Positions 37,205 through 49,885 of a stretch of DNA of 64,000 nucleotides are shown here, piece by piece. The DNA lies in NCBI RefSeq assembly GCF_001194135.2, contig NC_068985.1, positions 49,565,221 to 49,629,220 of the forward strand, in the 5' to 3' direction. How positions within the stretch are numbered: position 1 is the stretch's first letter; each line of letters begins with the position of its first letter. The DNA comes from Octopus bimaculoides. Taxonomy: Eukaryota. The translations under genes and the position numbers were made by a program. The notes under the pieces are model-generated. The model was not told where the DNA came from, did not search any database, and worked only from the letters and a program-made list of their open reading frames with translations.

Positions 37205-38730
37205 TATAATCATCATTTAATGTCTGTTTCCATGCTGGCATGGGTTAGATGGTTTGACTGGAACTGGTAAGCTGGAGAGCTGCACCATGTTCCAGTTTGA
37301 TTTGACATCGTTTCTACAGCTGGATGATCTTCCTAATGCCAACCACTCCAAGAATGCAATGGGTGCTTTTTACATGCCACTGGAACAGGTGTTATTTATA
37401 TGACACTGGCAACAGCCAGGACTAGTTTCACTTGGCTTAATGAGTATTTTCAAGCACACCATATTGCCAATGTCTCAGTAACTTGTATCATCTCCATGAG
37501 TCCAAACATTCAAAGATAATGCTTCACTACCTTGTCTCTTGCCTCCGTGAGGCCCAACATTTGAAGATCATGCTGCCAGCAACAGCCACAATTATGATTC
37601 CATGGGTGCCATTTACATGACACCAGCAATGGCTATGACTATGATTCCACTTGATGAGTCTTCTCAAGTACAGCATATTGCCAAAGGTCTTGGTCACTCG
37701 TCATCGCCTCCATGAGGCTCAACATTTGAAGATCAGGCTTCACCACCTCATTCCATGTCTTCCTGGGTCTACATCTCCCACAGATTCCCTCCACAATTCA
37801 AAATCAGCACTTCTTTATACAGCTATTCTCATCCATATGCATCACATGACCATACCAGTGCATTCATCTCTCTTGCACACCACATCTGATACCTCTTATG
37901 CCAAGTTTTTCTCTCAAGAAACTTACACTCTGTTGCTTATGCACACTGACATTGCACATCTAGCAAAGCATACCAGCTTTATTTCTTACAAGCCTCCGCA
38001 TGGTCACAGCTCACATTTCACTGCTGTGGAGCATGGCTGTTCACACACAGGCAACATACAGTCTGACTTTCATCCTGAGGTAGAGGTCCATTGTTACCAA
38101 CAGACTTAGAAGCTCTCTGAACTTTGCTCAGCTTATTCTTATTCTAGCAGCCACACTCTCAGAGCATCCACCTCCACTGCTGACCTGGTCACCTAGATAA
38201 TGGAAGCTATCAACTACTTCTAGGTATCTCCCTTGGCATTTGATGAAGTCCATTTTCTTTACATTTCTAGTGTTTATTATACCTGTCCATCTGTCACACA
38301 CAAACACTATTTTCCCTGTTAACTTTCCTCTGATATTGCTGCACCTCTTATGTGTCCATAGCTTCCACTGGGTACATTTGATGGAGTTTCTATCTACACC
38401 TCTTCTACACATCAAGCAGGAACATTTACCTGAAGTGATTTGCGACTTGTCTGCTTTCCTACTTACAAAAAACTATGGTTTTTACTAAATTAACTCCAAG
38501 GCCCTTTGATTGCACACCTTGCTTCCACACCTGGAATTTCTTCTCTAGTTCTGGTAGTGAATCAGCCATAAGAACAAGGTCATCAGTATAGAGAAGCTCT
38601 CAGGGGCAGCGTGACTAAAATTCCTCTGTTATTGCTTGGGGGACTATGATGAACAAGAGGGTGCTGAGGACTGATCCTTGGTGAAACCCTACTTGTACTC
38701 TGAATTCATTGCTATACTCATTGCTGACCC
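37205..38730 (-). mobile_element. 5'-truncated RTE LINE (~1.5 kb), pseudogenised RT with PHD-like insert and 3' UTR
   Basis: QGSVLS region, CLMCRRGVDRNSIKCTQWKLWTHKRC..., LEVVDSFHYLGDQVSSGGGCSES; CCATGC-CA-GCATGG hairpin and (GAT)n tail. Confidence 0.9.
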
Positions 38731-38845
38731 CTCACCATACTGAGCATGTATATATTAATCAAAGTGTACAGTACTACATATCCATTACAACTCATCTTAC
38801 CTATAAGTTTCAAACTAGGGCTTCAACATCCTGACCATGCAACAA

Positions 38846-38919
38846 GTAGTACTGGATTACGTTACCAATAGCACTCAAGAGCGACCCGAGTGCTATTGGC
38901 AACATGTAACCCAGTACTA

Positions 38920-38920
<1 letters not shown>
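38846..38920 (-). ncRNA. Near-perfect 75-nt hairpin (candidate pre-miRNA or palindromic mini-element)
   Basis: Minus strand: 31 paired positions (29 Watson-Crick, 2 G:U) with one 2-nt bulge, extendable by GGG/CUU to a 5-nt loop; three CpGs retained. Confidence 0.4.
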
Positions 38921-38958
<38 letters not shown>

Positions 38959-39439
38959 CATTTAAGAATCCTTAAATCAGGATAAAATGCACCCAGATAT
39001 TTGTTAGTAGGTGCATGCACACACACACACACACACACACATCATCAATATCATTTTACATCCATGTTGTTTCATGCTGGTATATCTAACACAAGATGCA
39101 ATTTACATCATTTATTTTCTATGCACATTTCACTGCAGAGAATGCAGATAATCTAGTGGTGAAACAAACATAAGGGAGAGAAATTATATAAACTGCATCA
39201 TGTGTTGATCGTGCATTTCTCCTACATTTGCTTTGTAAACCAAACTGGTAATACTGCTAAGTACAGTAGTAACCACACCACTTTACTACAAATAGACTGG
39301 ATAATGATACTATATGTGGAGCTTTAAACTCATCAGCAATAGTCATACAGCTAAGTGTACAAACAAGAAATGAGATTTGTGAGTATGTCCAGCGTTTTGT
39401 CACCCTCTCCATCCCGCAGTCTCCCACTCTCTCTCTCTC

Positions 39440-40010
39440 TCTCTCTCTCCCCTTCTCCTGCACTTCCTTCAGGTTGGGTAACCATGTATTTTCTTTGTAG
39501 TAGCACACCTGTTTCTGTCTTCATTCCTGATCTTTCTCTTTCCGGTTGGGTAACCTTGTACTTCCCCATCAGCAAGACACCTGTATCTGTCTCGCTATAA
39601 TCTTTTCATTATCACCTTCTCCAGTGCTTGCTCCCCTCTTAAAAGTTTTTGTCTTGCAAGTACTTGGTGACCCTGTCAGTGCAGGTGCCACTTAAAAAAC
39701 ACCCAGTCTACACTGTAAAGTGGTTGGTACTCGGAAGGGCATCCAGCTGTTAAAACCTTGTCAAAACTGACCTCGCCTGTGCTTGTGCAACGTAAAAAGC
39801 ACTGCTCGCCTCACCTGTGCTTGTGCCACATAAAAAGCACTAAGTCCACTCTGGTGAGTGGTTGGTGTTAGGAAGGGCATCCAGCTGTAAAAATCCCACC
39901 AAAACAGTCACAGAAGTCTGGTGCAGGCTTCGGCCTGGCCATCTCATGTGGTACCGTCCTACCCATGCTAGCATGGAACACAGATGTTAAATGATGATGA
40001 TGAGGATGAT
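39440..40010 (+). mobile_element. RTE-type 3' UTR element with internal duplications
   Basis: Duplicated AAAA(G/C)AC...GTGGTTGG...GGAAGGGCATCCAGCTGT module; ends CCATGCTAGCATGG...(GAT)n. Confidence 0.75.
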
Positions 40011-41402
40011 ATATATATATATATATAGAATCCAAGGAACTAGTCTGTATGCGAAATGTTAGTGTGCATGAGTGACAGAGTTCAAATGGGCTAGGAGAAA
40101 ATCTGTGTATAAGAGGAATCAGATCTAGCATGCAAGAGATAAGATTGCACTGAGATGGGCATGCGATGCTTAGTTGGACAAAGAAGTATAGAGCCCTCAA
40201 AATGGATGGAATCTTTGGAAGAAGGGGACCCCAGAAGACATGGGGTGAGGAAGTGAAAACTGATTTCTGAATACTGAACCTTTTAGCAAGGATGACAAAG
40301 AGTCACAATGTTGGTACTATGCAGTACTGAGGAAACCTCAGCCACTTATGCAAACAAGGCAGAAAGAATGTTAAAATAGTGTTTGTGAAATAGGATGGGA
40401 ATTATAATACATTTATATTGGCATCTCTCACCCAATATGTCTCTAGAGTTTACATCTGCTACTTGCTTTGCCTCTTGATATCCACTCCATCTCTCTATTA
40501 CGGATCCTCTATTTACTGTATAAAGTGCCTATGCAGGGATGTCATTGGATCTGTGCAAAGCTCTGATCTCCCTGATGCTCACCTTCTTTCTGTGCCATGT
40601 TGCCTGGGTAATGGATAATATACTCAATCTTTCATACCATCATTCTGTGCTCAATGCACTTAAACATCACCCTTCACTCAGTATCAGTCAACATTGTTCT
40701 TTACTCTCTCCCATTCTCATTCCAATCACTATCTTTCTGCCATCATACTCTTGTACTCTCAAGCTTCTTACTTTTCTTGTCATCATTATCTGCTCCTTGT
40801 CCTCTCAGTCACGTTGTTCAAAGCAAACTGGCACAACATTAAATAGTGAAGAATCTTTAATCCTATGAAACAGAAGAACCACTACAAGTGTTGGTGTCAG
40901 TTCCACAATAAAGTGGCTAATGAGTGAGGAACAACAACATTAGGTCGAAAAAACCCAGTAAGTTTGTCAAGGATTTGATAACCACTTGCGAGCTGCTACC
41001 ATGATAAAATGCATCCAGACATACTGTAAAGTTGTTGGTGTTTCATTTTGGTTTGGTAGAAACCAAGCCAAAATGAAGTATACAAGTGGGGTTCTGTCCG
41101 ACATGTCTAGGAGGGTAGAAACTCTAAATAGGAAATGACTTAGACCATAACAAGCCATTCAGTCGACGTCAGCATGGAAAGGGAAATTAAATGATGATGA
41201 TGATGATGATGATGTGTGTGTGTGTGTGAGGGGATTGTTTATGCAAACAGGAAAAACAGAACTCACTAAACTAGAGCAGTTATATTAATTCATTATAGAT
41301 AAGAAGTGCAACATGAATAACTTGTGGGCTGAGCATTTCATGCAAAAGCATTTATCAGTGCTTTTCCATTAAACTTTTAGCCCTTTAATGACTGATACAG
41401 CT

Positions 41403-41434
<32 letters not shown>

Positions 41435-41779
41435 CCTCATTAGGGATTATATAATCCAAGGTATTCCTCTATCATATAATCTCTATCATATAATGTGAAA
41501 GTCACTGGTATATGTTTGGGATTATTGAAATTATATATTATCAATACTGAAGGAAAAAGAAAATGGAGAAAAAGTGGATGTATGAATAATCTATTTTTAT
41601 GTTATAAAATGATGAAAATTTCTTTTAAAAAACACAACAGTACAAATAAATTGATTACAAATTGTAAAGCTCAAAAAATAAAATGAATTAACCCTGAAGA
41701 AGTCCTACCCCCATATAGTTAGAATATGATACCTTTCTTAACATTTAAACAAATGCTTAGAACTTCTGATCAACTAGGT

Positions 41780-42520
41780 CAGTGGTTCTCAGCCAGGGGT
41801 AAATCACCTCCTTGGGAGTGAAAATCAAATTTGGTAGGGGTAGGCAATGAATGCAGTCTTCGATTGGAAACTGCACTCACAACAGGCAATCACACATCCA
41901 GTGCATCATGACAATAACTGTGGTCAAGCCATAAGACCAACACATTTTCTTACTTCAAATACAGTAACTCAATAAGTGCGTTATCTTCCAGGATTAAGTT
42001 CATCGATTTATGATGACTCAGTCATCACTGAATTTCTTATTCTTGTTACTATGACACTGGCTACCAGGCTGCATGATCCATTGAATACACGGTGCTCACC
42101 AGAATTTGATATTCTTTCTCTTAACTGTCGGACGCAGATATAATAGTCAGTTTAATGTTTACCAATTTGCATTCATTCTCACCCATTTTTTATGGCAGGC
42201 TCAGCAAAAAAGAAGTGTCAGCTATATCGATGAGTACTTACAATATGGTTTTATCAAGAACTCTATAGACCCAAAGCAGCCCTTTTGTATCATGTGTCAT
42301 TAATTTTTGTCCAATGCCATGAAGCCCTCTCGACTCTCTGACCACATGAGAAGAAAACATCCCCAAAAAATCGAAAAGCCTATCAAATATTTTGAGGGAT
42401 TGAAAACTGATTTTGAAAATCGGAGTACTGTTGAATCATTATTTAAGAAACAGACAAAAATTAATGACGGTGGACTGATTGCTTCCTACAAAATTGCAGG
42501 AATTATTGCAAAAACAGGTA
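41780..42520 (+). mobile_element. 5' fragment of a Buster/Charlie-type hAT transposon with BED-finger transposase N-terminus
   Basis: TIR CAGTGGTTCTCAGCC preceded by AACTAGGT (NNNTANNN target); peptide YIDEYLQYGF...QPFCIMCH*FLSNAMKPSRLSDHMRRKHP...LIASYKIAGIIAKTG with one in-frame stop; truncated. Confidence 0.85.
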
Positions 42521-43605
42521 GTGCTCCTTGGTTCTATGATGAAAATTTCTTGTTTTTAAGTGATGTACATTAAAACTTTCCATCAAAATTAATGCTAATT
42601 TATGTTCTAAACACTTGCTTAATAACAAAGTTATTAATCTAAATGCTTCATTATTTTTAGAATTAATTGAAGCAAAAGTAATAGTTTCAATGAAAATATG
42701 GAAATAAAAAAAAGAGTTAAAAGTAGCTAAGGTACCAGGTAATGATGTTGAACTGGGTGATGGATCAAATCTACTAACCATGTAGACTATAGTAGGATTT
42801 GAATTTACAATGCAAAAAGCCAAAGTAAATACCATATGGCATCTAATCTAACATATTGCTATTATCAGAACTACAACCATTCCCATCTCCATCATCATCA
42901 TCATCATCATTGCAGTCACCACTACCACCATCACCACAATAAACATTAACATATCAACAAACACTACAACAGCAAAGACAGAACAGCTCATAACAGGAAC
43001 CAAAACAATTAGAGTTGAAAGTTCACTAAAGAAAATTACCCACTGTAATTATATCTAGAATACAACTGCAGACATAACAACCAGAAATATCATTTAATAT
43101 TATTATATCCTGTCTTTTGATGTTTCTTTTTTTATATTTTATCTTTTTTATTTGGGTTTTAGTTTCAAGTTTTCTTCTTAAGTACATAGATGTAAAAGTT
43201 CATGCAAGCACACGGGTTAAGTCAGTAAGCATGGCTGTTAACATCCTGTATTAGTCCCTCTTCTTCCTCCTCTATACCATTGTTCTTACATTCAAACCAA
43301 CTAAGTTATTTTCTCTGAAATAGCAAAATCAATGTACTAGTTATCACCCAATGACTTTGCTAGATGTTTTCAATGCAATTATTTACCAGTATAATTATTG
43401 ATTTTTAAGGATATATTTACCAATAGAGTTACTTATTAGCACAGGCTGGCTGTGAGGCTAAGAAATTTGTTTCTTAACCATTATGTTCTACTGTGTGGCA
43501 GCTTGAGCAAGCACCTTGTGAGTAGATTTGGTAGTTGACAGAAACTGAGAGAAGCCCATCATGCATGTGCCTATATATATGTTAGCATGGAAAGCGGACG
43601 TTGAA

Positions 43606-43649
<44 letters not shown>

Positions 43650-45510
43650 ATGGACCAGCCATCAGAGTTAATAGCAGCATAATGGATTAGGCAATTAAGG
43701 ACATGAAGACAGGTAAAGCCCCTGGACCATCAGGAATCACTGCCGAAATGATTAAAATTTCCAGTGGTGCAGGATACAGCTTAGTCACCTGTATAGTTAA
43801 TCAGGTTATTCAGGAAGGCACCATCCCAATGACTGGTGTAGCAGAATTATAGTTAGCTGCTACAAGGGTAAAGGTGATGCCATAGATCAGGGCTGGGGAT
43901 ATCGCAGCCTGTGAGTGCAATTGCACCTGTAATCCCATTTTATTTCACCCACAGGCTGATATACTTGCATGCATAAAATATAGTAAATTTTTCAATTATA
44001 AGACTTATACACTATTCGTATGCTTATTTGTGACATAGGTTATGTTTCCACTATGACTTACAACAGTTAGACTGGAACAGAAAATCATCTGGTAATTGCA
44101 ATTTGAATGGAAATTCTGTTTTCACTATAAAACACATATTGCTAGGTTTGTACCACTGCCTTGAGATCCAATTACACTCAAACTGAAAAGTATAGAATAT
44201 TCATAAGTAATATAAATGTCCTAAATTCAGTGGCAGAGTTAATTTAATGTGTTAATCTTATCTTTATTAGTGTATATTGAATTATACATAGATATAGACA
44301 AGATCTACACATATATAGGAGTTAGAACTTGTGATCCACCCGTGGACCTTTTCCTTTGGAAATTTTTGCTCGCCGCACTAAAAAGTTTCCTTAACCCTGC
44401 CTTAGAAACAACTACAGAGGTACTAAACTGCTAGACCAAGTCATGAAAGTTACTGAGAGTGTTATAACGCAATTGGTTAGGAATAGAATTAAACTAGAAG
44501 AGATGCAGTTTGGTTTTGTACCTGGGAAGACTACCACAGATGCCATCTTCCTAGTGAGACAGCTGCAGGAAAAGTACTTGGCCAAAAGTATGCTATTGTA
44601 CTTAGCCTTCATTGACCTGGAGAAAACTTTCGACAAAGTTCCTCGCTCAGTTATATGGTGGTCTCTCAGGAAGTTAGGAGTAAAAGAGTGGCTTGTTAGA
44701 GTTGTACAAGCTATGTACAGTGATGATGTCAGTAAGGTGAGAGTCGGCCATGAATACAGTGATGAATTTAGCATAAAGATAGGGGTTCAACAGGGATCAG
44801 TTCTCAGCCTACTCTTATTCATTATAGTCCTCTAGGCCATAACAGAGGAATTCAAAACTGGGTGCCCATGGGAACTGCTATATGCTAATGACCTTGCTCT
44901 TATTGCAGAGTCTTTAGCAAAATTGGAGAAAAAATTCCAGGTATGGAAACAAAACCTGGAATCAAATTGTCTTAAAGTTAACCTAGCAAAAACCAAAGTT
45001 GTTAGTAAGAAAGAAGATAAAACTCTCTTTCCTCAAGTAAATGACCCTGCTCAATATGTAGGAAAGGAGTTGGAAGAAATTCCATTCACTGCACCCAGTG
45101 TAAACTATGGACACATAAGAGGGGCAGTGGAATCACAGGTAGATTAACAGATAAAGTCGTCTTTGCATGTGACAGATGTGCAGGAACAGTAAGCACTAAG
45201 AGCACACAGGAATTAGATTCTCTCAAATGCTCAGGAGGCTGTCTTGAGGTTGTAGATAGTTTCTGTTACCTAGGTGACCAAATTAGCAATGGTGGAGGGT
45301 GCTCTGAAAGTATTATTTCTAGAATAAGAATAGGGTGGAGGAAGTTCAGAGGGCTATTACCTCTGTTGGCAACAAAAAGACTCTCTCAGAGTGAAAGGAA
45401 GACTCTATGATGTTTGTGTGTGAACTGCTATGCTCCATGTTAGTGAGATACAGGTTCTGATTGCAGAAGACATATGTAGACCATAGAGAAATGAAGCCAG
45501 TAAAATCCTG
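43650..45510 (+). mobile_element. RTE LINE RT region, interrupted by a hAT MITE
   Basis: MKTGKAPGPSG...CYKGKGDA[insert]NYRGTKLLDQVMK...QFGFVPGKTTTDAIF...AFIDLEKTFDKVPR...GVQQGSVLS...LLYANDL (YADD decayed)...PHD-like...VDSFCYLGD. Confidence 0.92.
43888..44399. mobile_element. 512-bp non-autonomous hAT element
   Basis: CAGGGCTGGGGA...TTCCTTAACCCTG termini; flanks CCATAGAT and CCTTAGAA (6/8, central TA); interrupts the RTE codons for KGDA-DR-NNYRG. Confidence 0.8.
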
Positions 45511-45689
45511 CCAAAGCAGTTACAGAAGTCTGGTGCAGGCTTCTACCTGGCCAGCTCCTGTCAGACCATCCCACCTATGCCAGCATGGAAGGTAGATGTT
45601 AAACGATGATGATATATATATATTGTATTATCACAAATGTTTAATGAACAGTCACATGAAATTCTGGTATCTTTCAGGTTCAATAAAAC

Positions 45690-45930
45690 AGAGTGTGTGT
45701 GTGTGTGTGTGTCTCCTTGTCTTAACATCTTGTGATAGTTGTAAATGATTGTCACTGTCATAAACAGTGTCTTTCATCTCCAATATTCTGCAAAAACATG
45801 TCTGGCTATGAGAAAATGTTACCTTTCTTGAAAACAGGTGAGAGATGGTAACAGGAAGGGCATATGGTTATAAAAAATTCTGCCTCGACAAATTCTGCCC
45901 AACCCATGCATGCATGGAAAAGTAAACATT
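45690..45930 (+). mobile_element. B-type RTE-derived SINE tail
   Basis: Same tail as 28580-28810 and 63035-63200, ending CCATGCATGCATGGAAAAGTAAACATTAAA. Confidence 0.65.
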
Positions 45931-47957
45931 AAAATTATTTATTGATTTTGAAATTTGCAGAGAGGAAAGATTTTTGTCTGTAGAAATTATAAAGACCCAC
46001 CCGGTTTAGCTGAAATAGAATAAAATAGTGTGAAACTAGAATAAATTTTGAGAAATTTGAACTTTTATCAGTTAGGGTGTTAGGGGAAAATTCATGTAAA
46101 GGAAATGAATTATGGAAAAGCAGAGTTGTATGTAACCATAATTTATACAAACCATCATAAAACAGAAACGCATAGTAGTTTACTATGTAAAATCTGTGTG
46201 ATTCATATTGAAAAATTAGCATATAGTTGTTGTAAGAAACTATATGTGAGTGCCAGAATGATGCAGTTTTCAGGATGAAGAACATTAGAGACTGAATTAT
46301 ATAACTTTTCAGAAAGTGAGATGATGTTGGGAAAAACAAAGAGAAGTAAAAAAAAAAACTTGTAGCTAATGTACCATTTGGACAAGTTTTATGGACAGAT
46401 AGGATGGAAATGAAAGGTTTAAAATTTTGATATTCATTGTTCCTTTCATTTATTGTTATTTATTCCAGACAGATGTTCTCTTTGTATTTTTAGAATAATT
46501 TTTAAATGCAAAAAAGAAAAAAAAGAACCATTCTATATATAATTTGACTACTAACAAATTGAAAGGCCAACATAATCTCATCAATTTTTACTGAATCTCA
46601 GAAAAAAAAAGTTAACCATCCCACCAATTTAAAATTTGTCAGTTAATTGTGAGAGTAACAGTAATCCTCTATGTGACTACTTCTGGAGCATTTATGTATC
46701 TATGTCATTTGTACAAACAGTGACAGACTCAGCACTATTCTCCCATAATGCCAATAGACCAACGATAGCTTTGATTGCAAAGGATGATTGCTTTGGTGCA
46801 TGTTATTGGATAGGACAATGTGCAATACTGTTTGGACCAAAATGTTAAATTCTGTCAGGTCATGACTATGTCATGCTGAAGGCTTATATTGATGCTCTCA
46901 GTAGCAATTGTCTACAACATGATGTCTGAATGCTAATCTATTTTGTTAAGGATGCAAAACTAAATGTCCACAACCTGAACTGGTTTTTGGCCATAATTAA
47001 AAGCTTGATTCATTTGCATTCAAAACTTAATGAACTTAATGATTGCAATATTACTCAGTCATCACAGTTAAATTCCAATGGCTGTTTGTTAATAATTTAT
47101 ACAAGTGTCTTGTTGTAACATTGAAAATATGTCTCACAGATTTTTTGGTCATTGTCCATGTACAATAACATTCTTACTTACCAGACATTGACAAAATTGA
47201 CAGGACCAACTTGGAGATTTCCTTACAATTTCCACAGTCACTTCTTTAACTTAGTTTCCTTTTTATATTATATGCATTGGATATTTGTGCTTGGATAGGT
47301 TTGGCTATTTGTATTCAATTTCAAACAAATCAAACTGGTCCACTGTTTTGCCAATGGTGAAAAGTTAGTACTAAGTTTGTTATGCATGTTCATTTAAAGC
47401 TGATCTTTTATGTCAATAGATGAAGATGACTGAGAAAGAACAATGTCAAACCAAATGACGAAAATTATATACTTATATGGTTAAGTTTACAATCCCTATT
47501 TTGTGCTTTATTTGTTTAGGAGTGGTAAAATACCGGTACTACACAAGAGGCAAATAAATTTATTATATAATTAGCATTGTGTCTAATTCAGAGAAACACT
47601 ACTATATTTTTTAACAGGACACATTTCCTAACGAGGAAATAATACTCATTAGTTTCACTTTCCAAATAGATATGTCAACATTATGAAGAAGAACCCAACT
47701 ATATAACTGTTTTCACCAGCAAGCAAATATTTCTTAGAAACATGTATCTCCTGTAAATGTCAACATTTGAAGATATAACTAGTCCACATCAATATGTAAA
47801 AAAAAAGATGCAAAACATTTTTAATATTGGTAACATCATCTACATGTATATGAATTTATGTATACACATGCAGATATACATGCATACATTATATTCAAAT
47901 AGACGTCTAAATATATGCAAACGTTTATGTGCACATATACAACCAAGTGCATGGTTT

Positions 47958-48004
<47 letters not shown>

Positions 48005-48014
48005 NNNNNNNNNN

Positions 48015-48060
<46 letters not shown>

Positions 48061-48156
48061 TGGTGCAATGGGTAAATTGTCACCATTTTATCGTTTTAAT
48101 TTCGTGCATATGCACTGTTTGTTTTGATTTTGTCAACTATACAGTATAGCAGGGCC

Positions 48157-48610
48157 ATGACACAATTCACTCTGCCAGAAATTAGGAAACAACATACTGT
48201 ACTGCTTGGCATTCATGCCAGAAGCTCCAATACAAACATTTCAGAGTGTTTGGATGTCAATCTGAGAACAGTGCACTGGATTCAGAAAGAGTTGGATGAG
48301 TCTAATAATGGTAATTACGAAGGTACAGCAGCTCAGAAAACTCACTGATTGTTCTGATAAGAAAAGAACTCCTGAAGTTGTTGGTGGGATCCAGGCTATG
48401 ATTGACAACAATCCATTCAAGCCAATCAGGTCCATTGCCAGGGACATGGGAGTGTCTGAGTTTCTTATCAGGCAGGTAGTGCATGAAGACATTTAGTATT
48501 CCTCATACAAGATGAGAACGGACCAATTTTTATCACAAGCCATCAAGGCCAAGACGCAAGACCATCCTACATTGCTTTTGAACAAACTCAAGTATCCGCT
48601 CCAACCAAAC
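48157..48610 (+). mobile_element. Tc1/mariner superfamily DD37D (maT-like) transposase N-terminal fragment
   Basis: MTQFTLPEIRKQHTVLLG...RTPEVVGGIQAMIDNNPFKPIRSIARDMGVSEFLIRQVVHEDI*YSSYKMR, a helix-turn-helix region; catalytic domain absent. Confidence 0.7.
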
Positions 48611-49033
48611 AAGGACAATACGTGACTTCATTGGAACAGTCCTTCCAGCAAAGGAAATTAAATAAAATTTGGAATTTTTTGCGGAGGGTGAAAGTGTTAA
48701 CAAGAACAGGACAGTGAGAACAAGACAATAAAAACAAACAGTGAGGTTTGTTAAACCAAAACGATAGAAAAATTATTATTTTGAATGCACACACACACAC
48801 ACNNNNNNNNNNNNNNNNNNNNNNNNNNNNNNNNNNNNNNNNNNNNNNNNNNNNNNNNNNNNNNNNNNNNNNNNNNNNNNNNNNNNNNNNNNNNNNNNNN
48901 NNNNNNNNNNNNNNNNNNNNNNNNNNNNNNNNNNNNNNNNNNNNNNNNNNNNNNNNNNNNNNNNNNNNNNNNNNNNNNNNNNNNNNNNNNNNNNNNNNNN
49001 NNNNNNNNNNNNNNNNNNNNNNNNNNNNNNNNN

Positions 49034-49885
49034 CTCTCTCGCTCAGGATGAAAAGTAGACTGTATGATGCATGTGTGCAAACTGCCATGCTACATGGCTG
49101 TGAAACATGGGCCATGAATGCTGAGGACATGTGTAGGCTTGAAAGAAATGAAGCTAGTCTGATCCGCTGGATGTGTAATGTCAGTGTGCATACACAACAG
49201 CGTGTAAGCACCCTGAGAGAAAAGTTGGGCATAAGAAGCATCAAATGTGGTGTGCAAGAGAGACAACTGCGCTGGTATGGTCATGTGTTATGTATGGATG
49301 AGGACAGCTGTGTGAGAAAATGTCACTCCCTAACTGTGGAAGGAACCTGTGGAAAAGGTAGACCCAGGAAGACATGGGATGAGGTGTTGAAGCGTGACCT
49401 TCAAACATTGGGCTTCACAGAGGCAATGGCAGGAGACTGAGACCTTTGGATATATGCTGTGATTGAGAAGACCCAGCAACTAAAGTGAGATCGCAGCCAT
49501 GGCCTATGCCAGTGTTGCATATCCGGCCCATTTAAGAGTACTCCTGATGCATTGGGTGATATGATATGCTTAAGAAGACCAGTTGAGTCAAGTAAAACCA
49601 AAATCATAGCTGTGGCCAGTGCCCCCTGATTGTCTTCCATTCCAGTGGCACATAAAAAGAACCCTCTGAATGTGGCCGATACCAGTACCCACTGACTGGC
49701 TACCATGCCGGTGGCACATAAAAAGTACCCACTACACTCATGGAGTGGTTGGCATTAGGAAGGGCATCCAGCTGTAGAAACATTGCCAGATCAGATTGGA
49801 GCCTGGTGCAGCTGCTGGCTCTCCAGACCTCAGTCAAATCGTCCAGCCCATGCCAGCATGGAAAACAAATGTTAAATAATGATGA
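49034..49885 (+). mobile_element. RTE LINE 3' end (RT C-terminus and full 3' UTR)
   Basis: LSLRMKSRLYDACVQTAMLHGCETW...QLRWYGHV...GRPRKTWDEV; 3' UTR with tandem units, CCATGCCAGCATGG hairpin at 49848-49861 and GAT-rich tail. Confidence 0.9.

Noticed and set aside
42106-42573. Domesticated ZBED/SCAN-type host gene
   Set aside because: In-frame stop, truncation and an upstream TIR with a hAT target site indicate a dead transposon fragment
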